Positions 38,777 through 52,023 of a stretch of DNA of 64,000 nt are shown piece by piece. The notes beneath the pieces are model-generated. The model saw only the letters and a list, made by a program, of their open reading frames with translations. It had not been told where the DNA came from and ran no database searches. Numbering within the stretch: the first letter of the stretch is position 1; every line of letters starts with the position of its first letter. The translations under genes were made by a program, and so were the position numbers. Source of the DNA: Antechinus flavipes (lineage: Eukaryota); contig NC_067403.1 of NCBI RefSeq assembly GCF_016432865.1, positions 245,892,001 to 245,956,000 of the forward strand, read 5' to 3'.

Positions 38777-38978
38777 CAGTGGTTCTCAAAGTATGGTCTA
38801 GAGAATCCTGGGAATCTCTGAAACCCTTTTAGAGGCTCTACAAATTCAAAAATAGTTTTTATTTCCAATATGGTAAATGTCTATAAATATAATCCAGATA
38901 AACATAAACGCTTTGGAGAGATCCTCAATAATTTTTAATAGGATAAAGATACTGAAAACAAAAGTTTGAGAACCACTA
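38777..38978. mobile_element. hAT-Charlie-type MITE, 202 bp, with perfect 8-bp TSD CTCTATTC
   Basis: TIRs CAGTGGTTCTCAAA and TTTGAGAACCACTA. TSD copies at 38769-38776 and 38979-38986. Confidence 0.9.
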
Positions 38979-41284
38979 CTCTATTCTGTCTGTAACATAA
39001 ACTCATAAGCAGAAGATTCTGGAGGCAAGTCCAACACTTGCCCATATAATGAATTCCACTTCTAGCATCTTCTGCCAGTGGTCTCTCAGCTTCTGACTGA
39101 ACACTGGCAGAAATGGCAAGCCCTCTATCTAAATCCAAAGCCAACTCACTCCACTTTGGCATATAGTTATAGGGACATTTTTGTTTGTTTGTTTTCCCTT
39201 GATTTGAATCAAAATTTGTCACTATAACTTCTCCCAGTGTTGGTCTTTTCTAGATACTCCAGGACCAAGAAGAATACATCTTATCTTTCCCATTACACTT
39301 TTTTTAACTATTTGAAGAAATTTATCACTTCCATTGAATCATTACTTCACAATACTCCAACTAGTCCTTGATTCTTGTGGGAAATTTTTTTTTAAATCCT
39401 CTTACCATCCTGCCTAAATTACTCCAAATCTACTGCAACTGGCCAATTCCCCTTTCTAAAATATAGTACTTCAATTGAATATAATATAGCAAGATTATTG
39501 TTTATTATATAAGCAATACAGAATGCTCTTCTTGGTCTCTGCTTCCCTGAAAAATATGTGAGAAATCAACTCCATTTCAAGCCCACAATAAATTTTTTTA
39601 ATGTTTTACATACACTACTAAGTTACCAGCACATTTGTCAAGCATGATAAAATTAAAATTATAAAATAAATGAAGTTTGGCTTTATTCTCTACTTCTCTT
39701 TCTGTGTGCCGTCTCTATGTCCCTTTCCTTTGCCCTCACTGGGATCTTTTCATTGATCTCATCTCCTTATTTCCTGTTATATTTATATTTGCTGTTTATT
39801 ATTTTTTAAAGCCTGTGACTTCATCCTATATAGGGCTCTTGCAGTATGAAAACTTTTTGTTCCATTGCAAATGGCAGAAGATTTGGCAAGTCCCTTTGGT
39901 AAATAGAGAAGTCAAATGTCTTAAAAATAATCAGATAATTAGTTTGTATCAAAGGTAGGATGTAAACCAAAATGTTCCTAGCAGCAAGGCTGGCACCCTA
40001 TTTGTTATACTCTACTACTTTGCTAATCTTTTGTTTGTTCTATCAACTTGCCTTCCTCTCAGTATATAATTTTATCTATTTAAAATAAGGGTAATTCTAT
40101 CACACAAATTTATATATAAAGCAAGACAAGTTAATCATAAAATTACAAAAACAAATGATATAAAAACAACACAACACAACAATCTACTATTTCTGGCAAG
40201 AAAAGTTTTTTTTTAATCAATTTTAGTATATAAAGGACTTTCTAAGCTAGATCAAGAAAAGGTGGGTAGTATTTAAAAACACAACTTTCTGGGAAAATGT
40301 TTTAGCCTTGAGGATTTAAATGCTAATCCAATCATAAGACTAGTCATACCCATAGACTGAATAGTTGAACATATAAAGTATGTCCCAATATGCTCCAGGA
40401 AGAGCTTTGTGCCATGAAAAATCACCACTCTCTATGCTCTAATAAGGAGTTCCATTGAATGTGATTTGAGAAAGGGTTTATTTTTGTGAAATGATTATTA
40501 GTAGACCCTGAAAGATTTTAAAGGTAAAAGAGATTGACTGAAAAAGAAAAAGATGGGTAAAGGAAAGGTATGGAAAGGGAGTAGGGGAAGATGGAAAAAA
40601 AGATGGTATTGAGGGAGTTACAATTAATAATCATACTATTAAAGAGAAGAGGAGACTGAGAAGCCAGAAGCTGTAGTCAGATTAAAGAAAATGATCTAAA
40701 GAAGGAAAATTATTCAGCTTCAAGGACCTAAGAACTAAGCTGCTTGGTCTCACTATCACTTCTTTCTCTCCTCCATCCCTCCCTAAAGAAGATGGTAAAT
40801 TCCCTTTCCCCAAGAGTTTGAAATCATAGAAATAAGCTTAAATTCATCATCCTATTGACTAATTCTATCTATAATTTGCTAAAGATTTAAACTTGTAAAT
40901 ATTTCAGCATTGGTTACCTTCTCTAATCTTTTGATAATCTCTGTAAGCTCGACAGAGTACAGATGATTTGCCTCACAGATGAGGAAATAAAGATCTAGAA
41001 AAATGAAGCAAATGAGTGACTTTCATCAGATTGTGCACTGAAATGACATTATAATTTAGAAGGAAAATAGAGAGACCTAATCTTGAAGAATTCATAAATT
41101 CATTTTCAGTTCAATTGGCATAAACCCAAAGCCAGTTCAGAAAGCAAAACTCATACCTATAAATGAATCGGTGAATGATATTATAGATTTTTTGGAAAAA
41201 AAAATTACATTTGCACATCTTTAATAAGATGTGTCATAGGAGACAATGCCAAAATATTGACTCCTGTTGAAAACCTTAATTTAA

Positions 41285-41480
41285 CAAGGCCAAGAGCTCC
41301 CATTTCATCCAGGGCCATCTCCAGTTGTCTTAATCTATATCTTGCCATTAGAGCTAGAAGAAAAAGTAAAGCAGGTGACCTTTCACAGCCTTATTTCACT
41401 TCTATCCAATTCACTTGTATGTTATAGCATCCCCTCCCTGAAGTCATGGTTGTCTTCAGGAATAAAGGAAAAACAACAAA
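41285..41480 (+). mobile_element. Marsupial RTE-tailed SINE fragment (Mar3/WALLSI-type)
   Basis: CATCCAGGGCCATCTCCAGT...TCCAATTCACTTG...GAATAAAGGAAAAACAACAA. Confidence 0.6.
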
Positions 41481-41976
41481 AGCAACAAATTAAGAGTCAC
41501 AAAAACTGAGTTTAAGTTTTGGCTTTGTTACTTCCTGTGATTACTTGGACAGTTATTTAAACTCTTTGAGCTTCAGGTTTATTCATCTGCAAAATAAGGA
41601 GGTTGGGTTATAGGATTATCAATGTTCCTAAACTTTATATCTTTTGATAATCTAAGCAAAAATAGTTTATAAAAGTATTATGGCCTTGGTAGCACTCCCA
41701 TTGGATAGTAAACAGCAGCTAGGTACATGAACTATGTGAGAAGAGAATGTTAGAGAGACAGTGGACAGTAATGGCTGCATATATTGGAGATCCATTCTAT
41801 CTGTTTAGACCAGTTATTTGCCCTCTATAAGAATCTGTTTCATCTTTTGGGAAAAGGTAGCAATAAGACCCACACAAAATCTTATGGTGAAAAATGTACT
41901 TTGTAAATTTTAAATAATATGAAAATGTTTCATCATTATTATCTAATGCAAAGTTGTCTGCAAAATGAATGGAATG

Positions 41977-42221
41977 CGAGTTGTTTTTACCTTCTGAATC
42001 CAATTCTCCCTGTGCAACAAAAGAACAGCTCGGTTCTGCAAACATAAATTGTATCTAGGATATACTGCAACATATCTAACATATATAGGACTGCTTGCCA
42101 TCTAGGGAAGGGGGTGGAGGGAGGGAGGGGAAAAATCAGAACAGAAGCGAGTGCAAGGGATAATGTAAAAAAAATTACCCTGGCATGGATTCTGTCAATA
42201 GAAAGTTATTATAAAATAAAA
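41977..42221 (+). mobile_element. Young 5'-truncated L1 3'UTR stub with 15-bp TSD AAAATGAATGGAATG
   Basis: TSD copies at 41962-41976 and 42222-42236, a short A-rich tail and retained CpGs. Confidence 0.88.
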
Positions 42222-42650
42222 AAAATGAATGGAATGGATAATCTCTAAGGTTCTTCCTTTCTCAAATTATATTTTTTGTAGTTCCAAAGAAATATATAGA
42301 TAATATTCTAGAAACTTTATAATAAAATGAATAAAGCCCACTCTCAGTCTTCTTTCCATTTTTAGAAACATTCTATTGAATATACACAATGTAAAATAAT
42401 ACCCGCATAAAACTTGAGAATTAGAAGAAACTTTTGATGGCATACAGTCTACTCCTCCTCCCCCATTTTATAAGTAAGCAGGTCAAAATGTAAAGAACAG
42501 GGTGGGAAAACATCCTTTTCAGATAGTAGCATGGCATGACTAATAGCTGTCTCCTGATTTCTCATCATCAGTTAACTTGTTATTTTTATGAGCAAATCTC
42601 TTCCCTCTTTTCCATTTTCCCAATCAATTCTATACACATTAGAACACCAC

Positions 42651-42700
42651 TCCCTGAGATATAAATTCATTACACAGATTTCTTTTCAATCCTACCTGTG
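42651..42700. promoter_or_regulatory. Weak candidate promoter or first exon for the OR at 37393-38331
   Basis: O/E-like TCCCTGAGAT, TCATTA (TAATGA on the minus strand) at 42667-42672, and a donor-like AG|GTAGG near 42695. Confidence 0.25.
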
Positions 42701-43141
42701 AAAGAAATGACATTTTCATAGTGACACTAAGGTCAGAAGATTGTCTGCTGAGGAAGCATTTATATCTAGTCTGATGCTTGATATTTCATAAGATTTTCTC
42801 AAATGCATGAAGAAGGAGCAATTCAAGTGGGAAATCTTGAATATGCCCAGAGGATTTTGCCAATCAGTAGGATTGCATTGGGATTTGGAATATGGGCCTG
42901 TTTTCTTTTATATTCAGCATTACTTGTGTTGCATCAGGATTTTGTCACAGGTATACAGGGAGATCAGATCTCCATATAGTACATCAATAAACTGTTAACA
43001 GTTTGGTAATAGAATAATACCCCTAGCCAATGTGAGAGCTAAACATAATCCAGGAAGGTTTCTTATTGTATAAACATTGTCCCAACCATGAGAGAGAAGA
43101 ACCAGTTTGAGTGCAGTAAGATAAAGCCTATATTTCTTTCA

Positions 43142-43400
43142 TGGCAACTAGGTTGTATCGTAGATACAGTATTAGTTCTAGAGTCAGGAAGACTCAGTAT
43201 TTGTGAGATCAAAACTAGTCTCAGGTTCTTACTATCCATATAACCTTGGTCAAGTCATTTCACCCTCTCTGCCTCAATTTCCTACTTTGTAAAATGAGCT
43301 AGAGGTGGAAATAACAAGCCACTGCATTGTCTTTGACAAGAAAATCCCCATATGGTGTAATGAAGAGTAGAATATGTTTGAAATGATCAAACCAACACAA
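43142..43400 (+). mobile_element. Mar1-type CORE-SINE; further copies at ~47135-47390 (-) and ~50350-50550 (+)
   Basis: CORE head followed by an RTE/BovB-like tail (GTCTTTGACAAGAAAATCCCC...CAACAC). Confidence 0.7.
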
Positions 43401-45264
43401 CAACATACTGCAATAAACTAGCAGGTGTTCAATAAATACTTGTAAGAGACCCCATATGGTACAATGATCAGAGCATTGATCTTGGAGACAGGTCTTAGCT
43501 TTTTAAGTATTTGATCTAAGCCACATCACTTTACCCATCAAAACTTCATTTTCCTCTTCTACAAAATGAAAGCCTCAGAAAGCCTCAACTGTAATTCCTT
43601 GTACTTCTGTTCATGTATTTCACTTAATAGTTATCATAAAGTTTGATTATTCCATATACTCAAGAATTTCATTTGTAGATAATTTCTATTTCTTATTCTT
43701 TGCTTACTATAACAGGCTTTTGACAATAATTCTTTCTTCTACAAGTAAATATTCATAACTGGTAAGGAACCAAAAAACAGTCCAACATTTTGTCAACTTT
43801 AACCATACCCCACATACACATTTTGCTTTTTTTTATACAATACAATAGTACATATAAGGATATAGGGAACACATGTAATCTACTTAATCAACTCATTGGC
43901 TCTAAGGTTCATTCAAGTACCAAGAGATGATGGAGAAAATATAATGATTCCAATAAATCATCTTTTCCACAGCTGCATGATTATATCCAAGTAGATAGAA
44001 AAGTTCAAAGTTAATTTAAAAAGAAAAAGAAAAAAAGAAGCTAGACTCTTTTTATAAACATACCATTCCAAGCTAAATAAAAGAACCCAAGAAGTTCTGA
44101 ATCCAGAAATCATGAAGAAATTGATTAAAGAAGTGTACAAATGCTAATAAATTTTCTTTTGGTTCTCATTGTGTTATATCTTTAAATGCACCAGTATTAT
44201 AGATTTTTCTCTGCTTGTATCTCTTTTCCTCCCTCTGGGGGAAAATCCTCTGCTGACCAGAAATATAGTGTGACTTGACATCATACCACTGGCATGGGAA
44301 AAGTTCAGAAATAATGCAGGAATTTTAAAAGAAAAGGTTAATGAATCCAAAGATCAGAGAGCTACAGTGGACCTAAAATGCAATCTTCTTTAATGGTCAC
44401 TTCATGTTTGAAGAAAACTGATGTCCAGAAAATGGAATTGACTTTCTGAAGAAACTCCACATAGTCATGAGTTCAATGTATACTGTATATGAATACTAAA
44501 GTATCCATAGATCAGATAGTATAATAAGCAGACAATCATTAATCAATAAGAATCTGTGTTTTCAATTAAATAAAATTCTCTCTCTACAATGTCCCTCACA
44601 CCCAAGGAAAACAAAACAAAGCAAAAGAAAAAAAATGATAAATAATCATAATAAAATAAAAGAAATTATCACTTGGGTTATATCCAAAAATATATCTCTT
44701 TCTAAAAGCAGTCTGTTTTGTTTACATTAGAAGGTGAGCAAAAATTATCATTAATTTTCTTAAATGATGATTGGTCATTGTATAGATCAGACTTCTTAAG
44801 TTTTTTATAGTTGTTTGTCTTTACAATATTTCATCAAGTACTTTCTAAATGCCAGAATCTGTGCAAGGTGTTAGGCATATGAAGATAAAAATTAAAGTCT
44901 CTAGCTTTCAGAAGATTCTGTTTTGTTGGTAGAGATATAATACACATATATAAGAACAGAAAAAAACAACATTGAAGTAAACAATCTAATAGCATAAATA
45001 CTATACATTATTATTATATTCCTATTAATAACAATCCAATCTAAAATTTGAATACCTGATTGAATTTTAAATTTTCAAAATTTATTTTATTGTAATGATT
45101 AATATTTAAACTTTAACTAGGAAAAATATTTAATTTTACAGCTGCTAAATAAATATAAATCATTATGATAAAAAGTGAAAAAAGGCAAAACATAGATTTG
45201 AAGTTTTACTAACAATATTCGTTTATAAAGTAATAAACTATTTTAGACAACCCAACACTGAAAT

Positions 45265-46200
45265 TTATTTAGAAAGTTCTTTTTTGAAGAGTTCTTTGCT
45301 TAAGGCTTCTTTGACATCTTTGTTCCTTAAGCTGTAAATCATAGGGTTCAACATGGGGATCACTGTGGTATAAAACACAGCTACCATTTTCCCTCGTTCC
45401 ACAGACGTCTCAGAGGGTGGTGTTAGGTACATGAAAAAGAGAGTTGCATAAAATATAGTGACAGCTGTCAAGTGAGATCCACAGGTAGAGAAGGCCTTAC
45501 GTCTGCTGTCTGCTGAGCGAAGCCTGAAGATTGCTGGGAAAATGTACAGATAGGAGATGAGAATGATGAGCAGGGAAAAGGTGAGGTTAAACCCAGCAAC
45601 AACAAACATTGATGTTTCTTTGTTGTAAGTACTAGAACAAGCTAATTTGATGAGAGGAGGGTCAGCACAGTAGAAATGGTTAATCTCATTGGGGCCACAG
45701 AATGATAAGCTATAGGTCCACATGGTCTCCATGAGGCCTGTGAGGGAGCCATAGACATAAGGCACTGAGATGAGAGAGGAGCAGACAGTTGGGGACATTT
45801 TACTGCCATAGAGCAGAGGATTGCAGATGGCCATGTAGCGATCAAAAGCCATCACAGCCAGGATGTAGATTTCCACATGGACCAAAGCAATGAAAAGGTA
45901 ACACTGCACCAAGCAGGCTGAGTAAGTGATGGTGGTCTTTTCCACTATGAAAGTCTCCAGCATTTTTGGACTTACATTGGAAGAGAAACAGAGGTCCACA
46001 AAAGACAAGTGACTCAGGAAAAAGTACATGGGTGTGTGAAGCCGCGGAGTGATTCTCACTAGCACCATCATCCCCAAGTTCCCCACCACAGTAATGATGT
46101 AGATGATTAGAAAGAGGACAAAGAATAAGACCTGAAGTTCCAGGCGATGGGTTAGTCCTAGGAGAATAAACTGGGGATTTGTTGTGACATTCTTACTCAT
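45265..46200 (-). CDS. OR5M8-like: Intact olfactory receptor OR5M8-like, copy 1, 311 aa
   Basis: [20 protein letters not shown] and [11 protein letters not shown] match OR5M8 as I recall it. ATG at 46200 is followed by an NVT sequon; the ORF-track GTG start is rejected. Confidence 0.93.
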   Translation of the reverse strand: MSKNVTTNPQFILLGLTHRLELQVLFFVLFLIIYIITVVGNLGMMVLVRITPRLHTPMYFFLSHLSFVDLCFSSNVSPKMLETFIVEKTTITYSACLVQCYLFIALVHVEIYILAVMAFDRYMAICNPLLYGSKMSPTVCSSLISVPYVYGSLTGLMETMWTYSLSFCGPNEINHFYCADPPLIKLACSSTYNKETSMFVVAGFNLTFSLLIILISYLYIFPAIFRLRSADSRRKAFSTCGSHLTAVTIFYATLFFMYLTPPSETSVERGKMVAVFYTTVIPMLNPMIYSLRNKDVKEALSKELFKKELSK

Positions 46201-48499
46201 CACTTCTCCACAGGAGCTCCACACTCCTTGGTTTCGTATTTCCTAATATATAAGGAACATTAAATGCAAAAAGTAATATAAATAAGAGAGAAAATTTTTT
46301 TTTTTTAAAGTAACTAATTTCCATTTTCTTCCTCAACCCTCACTCTGTGCTTTTATTTCCATTACTTCTACTCAAAACACTTCCTTGAATGAACAAAATA
46401 GCTTGTGGTGGCAATTTCCAATAGTGAGAAGCAGCTAGGGTACTAGATGACCTCAATGAATATCTTAGCTCTGAAATTATTGTTTGAACACAGGCAAGTC
46501 GTTTAACTTCTCCAAGCTTATCTTAAATGGAATTTCAAAGGAAATTAATTATATCTATATGTTTTTTTTCCAATTCACATTCAAAGATCTCCTAAAATCT
46601 ATTTATGAATTCCACATCTGTGAACCCCATTATAAACTACTCATAGAAAGCCTATGACATCCCTTCCCATTCTGATTATTATTCTGTATATGTGAAGGTG
46701 GATATTTTACCTGAAATATAGAACTTTTACTTGTTCCCCATGAAATATCCTCTTAGTGTGTTTAGCTCATTATATTTGCCTATTGAGAAATGTTGGAATA
46801 TGTACTCTGTCTCTCAGACTTCAATCTTTCTGTCCAAGCTTTGTGATATTTGAAAGTCTGAGAGGCAGTCTTTATTCCCTTATTCAAAGGATTGGTAAAA
46901 GTGTTTCCCACTTAATAGTATTTTATTATTTTTCCAATTTCATTTCATTTTTCATGTCACATTTTCAAAATTCATTTTTGTACCCTTTCCAAGATAAAAA
47001 AAAAAAAGTTTACTAGCACAGAGCCAAAGACAAATTCCAGAGAATTCCATTCTAGCTACAAACATGAATTTGATTTTGACTAATTAGTTATTGCTCATTG
47101 GATCCAGATAATCAACTAATTCATTGAACATTTTCTTGTCTTGTTGCTCAGTTGTTTCAGTCAAGTCTAACTTTTCCTGGCCCCATTTGTTATTTTCTTG
47201 GCAAAAATACTAGTGTAGTCTGACATTTCTTTCTCCAGTTTATTTTATACATGAGGAAACTGAGACAAACAAAGTTAAGTAACTTGCTCATGGTCATACA
47301 GTTAGTAAGTATCTGAGGGCAGATTTGAACTCAAAAAGATAAATCTGCCTCACTCCAGTCCAGGTCTTCTATCCACTGCATCAATTAGCTATTATAATTT
47401 AGTTAATCCCTTTTCCTCTCATTCACAAGCCTAATAGCATGGGAGTCTTTATCACATTCTTTGCTTAAATGTAAATATCTTATGATTTCAGGATAGACTT
47501 TTCTCTATTCTTCCCTCATAAAACTCCATCTTCCCATCTTATTTACAGTTCAAGCCTTCATGGCTGGAATTTATTTCCTTTTTGTCTCCACCTCATTAAG
47601 TCCTTTCTATTAAAAATCAATCTAAGAATTTTGTTCTTCATCAACCTATTCTTGATTTTTCCCAGCTATTGGTTTCCTCCCTTCTGGACTCCCAGATATT
47701 GGAACCACTTTGTATAGATATTTGCTTTTACTAAGATTTATGTTGCATTACAAGGTCTTTCAGAATTTTCAAGTTACTTTAAAGCTTTTCTTATCTTAAA
47801 ATTACCCTAAAAATTTTGGGGTATGTATTTTTACCTATAAGTGAAGTATCCTACCCCCTATTTGAATGTAAACTTTCCATAAGTAGGGATTTTTAAGCTT
47901 TCTTTCCATTTATATCTCCATCACCTAACATTATGCCTGAAACAGAGTATATACTTCATGGATTCTGATTGATTGATTAATCATAGAACCAGTTTAATTG
48001 GTAAAAAAATAATTTGCAAGACTTGCTCTTGAGGAAGCTCTTCTTCTTTCAGTAATCATTGTTTCTGATTCTAATTGCTAACAAATTATAATATTATTCC
48101 AAAATTTTGTCAGGAATAAAAATCAACCCTACTTTTCTATAGACTACAAAATATGCTTTTTAAAAATATGAAATTAGGTTCACCTAGTCTTTTTTTTTTC
48201 AATTCGCTTCCAAAAATAATTTAAAGACTATCTACGGTGACATTACAATCACAATTACAAATTCCTTAAGTGTGTAAGATTTTATTCATCTAGGACTAAT
48301 AAGTATAATTCACTGGGTCAGTTAGAGGTTGCCTTAATCACTTCATTTGACTTGGGTTTCCACTTCTGAACTACTTTTGTTTCATCCTTCCTCATGGAAA
48401 AATAATTTTACATGGATGAGAAAACAGAAGCAAACTGAGAATTAAATATTTTAACCTTTAACCTTCTTTCCACCCCATCTCTGATGGTCCTCTTGGCCC

Positions 48500-48753
48500 N
48501 NNNNNNNNNNNNNNNNNNNNNNNNNNNNNNNNNNNNNNNNNNNNNNNNNNNNNNNNNNNNNNNNNNNNNNNNNNNNNNNNNNNNNNNNNNNNNNNNNNNN
48601 NNNNNNNNNNNNNNNNNNNNNNNNNNNNNNNNNNNNNNNNNNNNNNNNNNNNNNNNNNNNNNNNNNNNNNNNNNNNNNNNNNNNNNNNNNNNNNNNNNNN
48701 NNNNNNNNNNNNNNNNNNNNNNNNNNNNNNNNNNNNNNNNNNNNNNNNNNNNN
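48500..48753. other. Assembly gap (254 N)
   Basis: Run of N. Confidence 1.
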
Positions 48754-49347
48754 AATATCTTTTTTCATATAATTGCTGCAGAGATAATACTTTGTAAATT
48801 GTAAAACATTGTAATTATTATGATATGTAAGAAAATAAATGAGAATTATTTTTATAATAGTACAGAAAAAGAAAGGTAAAAAACAAATACTTAGCCTGAT
48901 TTCCATTTATAAAAAGGTATTTCATTGAATCTTACCGGTAGAAAAAACCTCATAGATTACAGTCAGAATTTTATAGCCTAAAGGAACATCGATGTCAAAA
49001 CTCCATTATTTCACACAGGAAAATATTAAGTGAGGAGTCAGTGGCAAAGAAAAGATTAGAATCTAGCTATCCTATCTTTTAGTATATTGTTGTCTCTTCT
49101 ATGATCTGGGTTATCATTTTCTGTACAAAACTCCCAAATCCCTTTTCCCTTCCTCCTTTTCCCAAACTCTAGCATTAAAATGCCACATTACAAAATCAAT
49201 GAAATTTAATGGGGAAAAAATCAGTGTGTGAATAAATTTCTGGCTTCATTTTTCAGAACCATTAGTCCTACTTGTGAAGCAAAATGTATTTTCATAGTAA
49301 TAAGTTCTAAGAAAGATCTGCTCTAGAAGGATTTATAACAGGGATGA

Positions 49348-49432
49348 TAATGAGGAGTTTTATCCCTGAGGAATTTCATAGACTCACCTAGAAACTATAA
49401 TTCAAGTGGGAAATCTTGTATGTCCCAGGGGA
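49348..49432. promoter_or_regulatory. Candidate promoter of OR5M8-like copy 1
   Basis: TAATGA at 49348-49353, TCCCTGAGGA at 49363-49372, TCCCAGGGGA at 49423-49432, and a minus-strand donor AG|GTGAGT at 49382-49389. Confidence 0.45.
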
Positions 49433-49659
49433 TAGAAGCTAACTGAGGGATTATACATCTCTTTTCCTTTTTTTTTTTTTTTTAAGGATTCAGAAATGTT
49501 GCCAAATCTTGCTTTTCATTACCTATGTCACTGATTCTCATTGAAACCAAAAGTCAAATAGTAACATCTACATTATGTTGAAGTGTATGTATTTTGTCTT
49601 AGGCATCTAAAAGAAATAGAGTGGTATCTTACACCCCAAGAAACAATTAAAAACTTCAG

Positions 49660-49814
49660 TGGAAGCTAGGTGGCGCAGTGGATAGAGCACCAGCTCTGAA
49701 GTCAGGAGAATGTGAGGAGAATTTGGTCTCAGACACTTAACATGTCCTAGCTGTGTGACCCTGGGCGAGTCACTTAATCCCAAATGTCTCAGCAAAATAA
49801 ATAAATAAATAAAT
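49660..49814 (+). mobile_element. WSINE1-like SINE with (AAAT)n tail and TSD AACTTCAG
   Basis: TSD copies at 49652-49659 and 49815-49822. Confidence 0.9.
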
Positions 49815-51119
49815 AACTTCAGAAATAGTACAGCAACCCTTACTTGGTATCTTTGGGTCTTGTTATATGGATGTTATAATTAATATATTTCATAGACATC
49901 TAGAATAAACTAAAAAATTATAGGAGATACTTTAGACTACATAACATAGAATGCCAGAACAGACAGAGAGAGGTTAGAATGTACACAGAATGTGAACTAT
50001 CAGAGCTACAAGAAATCTATTGAATCCAACTCTTTCATTTTACAATAAAATGAACTGAGGCCAAGAGGTCATCATTGGCATCAAAGCACTCAACTATCAA
50101 ATGTCTTATTTTGAACCTGAAGTGAGGTCATCAATAACACCTCCTATTTCTTTACATTATGTTTTATTGACTCCGTTCCACTCTCTAAATTGGAGCATTT
50201 CACCAATTCCCACATCTGTCCCAAGGGATCTGTTTGTATTTCTTTGATGAAGCAGACTATCTTTTGAGATTCCCAACAACTTTGCATTACAGTCAAGGAA
50301 GACATACCTTACACTGACTTGTAGTCTGGCTATTACTTTTGCCATTCAAGAAGATTCATTTTTCTGAGTTCATATCTGGCCTTAGATACTTATTAGCTGT
50401 CCAATACTGAGCAATCCTGTTTGTATTAGTCTCTTCATCTATAAAATGATCTGGAAAAAGGAATGGAAAACCACTCCAATATCTTTGGCAAGTAAATCCC
50501 AAATGAGATCACAAAGAGTAGGACACAATTGAAACAAATGAACAACAGCAAGAATGAACATGCCTAAGAACATACATAAAGTGTTGGGGATTCGGAGGAG
50601 CAAAAAATGAAATTGCCAGTGCTGTCAAAAAGCTAATAATCTATTGAAATGAGAAACCACTATGGATGCTTTGAAATCTCAAAGTGTTCGGTCATTCTAG
50701 CCACAAATAAATGGGGAAGCAGGTTTCTCTATATCCTCAGTATGTAGGAGTTAATCTTCCATGAACAGATAAGGGAAAGCTTTACATAAGCTATCTCTTT
50801 GGTATCTCAAAAAATCCCTGGGGCATGGGTAAGGTAGCTAATACTATATTCATTTCAAAAATGAGAAAACCAAAGTTCAGGTGAGTGGTTTTTTTTGAAA
50901 ACACATATATAGAAAGTGTCAGCACTGCATTTCTGACTTTCAAACCCAATGGTTTTCAGTCTATTTTAATTTTTCATTCTGGGGCATCTGTGATGTGTCT
51001 CCTAGATATACAATGGAATAGAATATTTCCAGATGACCATCTTTTTTCCCCAGAAGACTGAAATAAAATGAATAAAATTATTTATTTCATTGTAAATTTC
51101 TTTAGTATTGTTCAACAAA

Positions 51120-52023
51120 TGTTATGTCACAAGAGGCTTCTGACAGTGGCTGCAGGAGATCCAATCTAGACCTACAGAATTGATTTCCTCATGTGAAAGG
51201 ATGATACAAGGAGACTGAGAGGCAGTTGCTGTTCTCTGACCTCTCTTCTCTTCCCTCTGCCTCCAATTTATTTCATTTCCAGTCCACAAGCAACACCTAT
51301 GTCAGTAAAGGCTGCTCCACAACTCCCTCGAGTGTCACAATCCACAGCTGCTGCAGAGGATCCTGGAGAATTGACCTGCCTTATTGGAATCCTTACAAAG
51401 TGTTAAGTCATTAGAATTGAAAGAGACAATAATTATCTAATTTAGATTGTTCTGATCCTACAAGGAGATGTTATGGGCCAGAACTTGAAACAAAGTACTA
51501 AGTGGAATTAAGGAGACTGATGGTTAAATCTAGTTTAGCATTGATTTAATCCTACAACAAATAATGGTTTCCCAGTGATATAATGATTGGTGTGTACTCA
51601 GTGTTCAACATATAAGCAAGAAGCTCTGAGGGCCAAAGAGAACTCTGGGAGATACAGAAACCCACTTTTAGAGGCGGAGTCAGATTCATTCCATTTTCCA
51701 CCTTTGTGCTGGGTGGAGGCTGAAGGCTGAAGGACAAACCTTTGGATTTGGAGACATTTGGAGAGAGCTCTTAGAACTAAGGAGAGAGATAGGTCTCTAT
51801 TAAAGCTAACCGGGCCCAAGGAAAGAGACAAGACTTGGAAGGAGAAAATAAACATTTGGATTTTAATACCTGGCTGCATTTGGAATGATTATTACTTTGA
51901 ACTGAAACTAAGGCTGCTTCCAGAAAACCTCCCCAAGAAACCTGCTCCCAGAGAGAACCATTATATATTATATAAAAGAAGAGAACACCACACTGCCCTT
52001 TCACCCAGGCATGATTTTTAACA
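51120..52023. mobile_element. Outer solo LTR (~287 bp once the nested insert is removed) with 6-bp TSD AACAAA, inserted in an L2 tail
   Basis: TG...CA termini. TSD copies at 51114-51119 and 52024-52029. Confidence 0.7.
51382..51992 (+). mobile_element. Inner solo LTR, 611 bp, with 6-bp TSD CTGCC(T/C)
   Basis: T(A)TTGG...CACCACA termini, TATAA at 51611 and AATAAA at 51847-51852. Confidence 0.8.

Noticed and set aside
46201-46224. 8-aa extension of OR5M8-like copy 1
   Set aside because: It starts at GTG and is absent from the paralog, which starts at the equivalent ATG.
48451-48906. ORFs spanning N runs (also 62691-63051)
   Set aside because: They are artefacts of assembly gaps.
50813-50825. 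O/E-like TCCCTGGGGC
   Set aside because: It lies in a MIR-derived segment, so it is probably repeat sequence.
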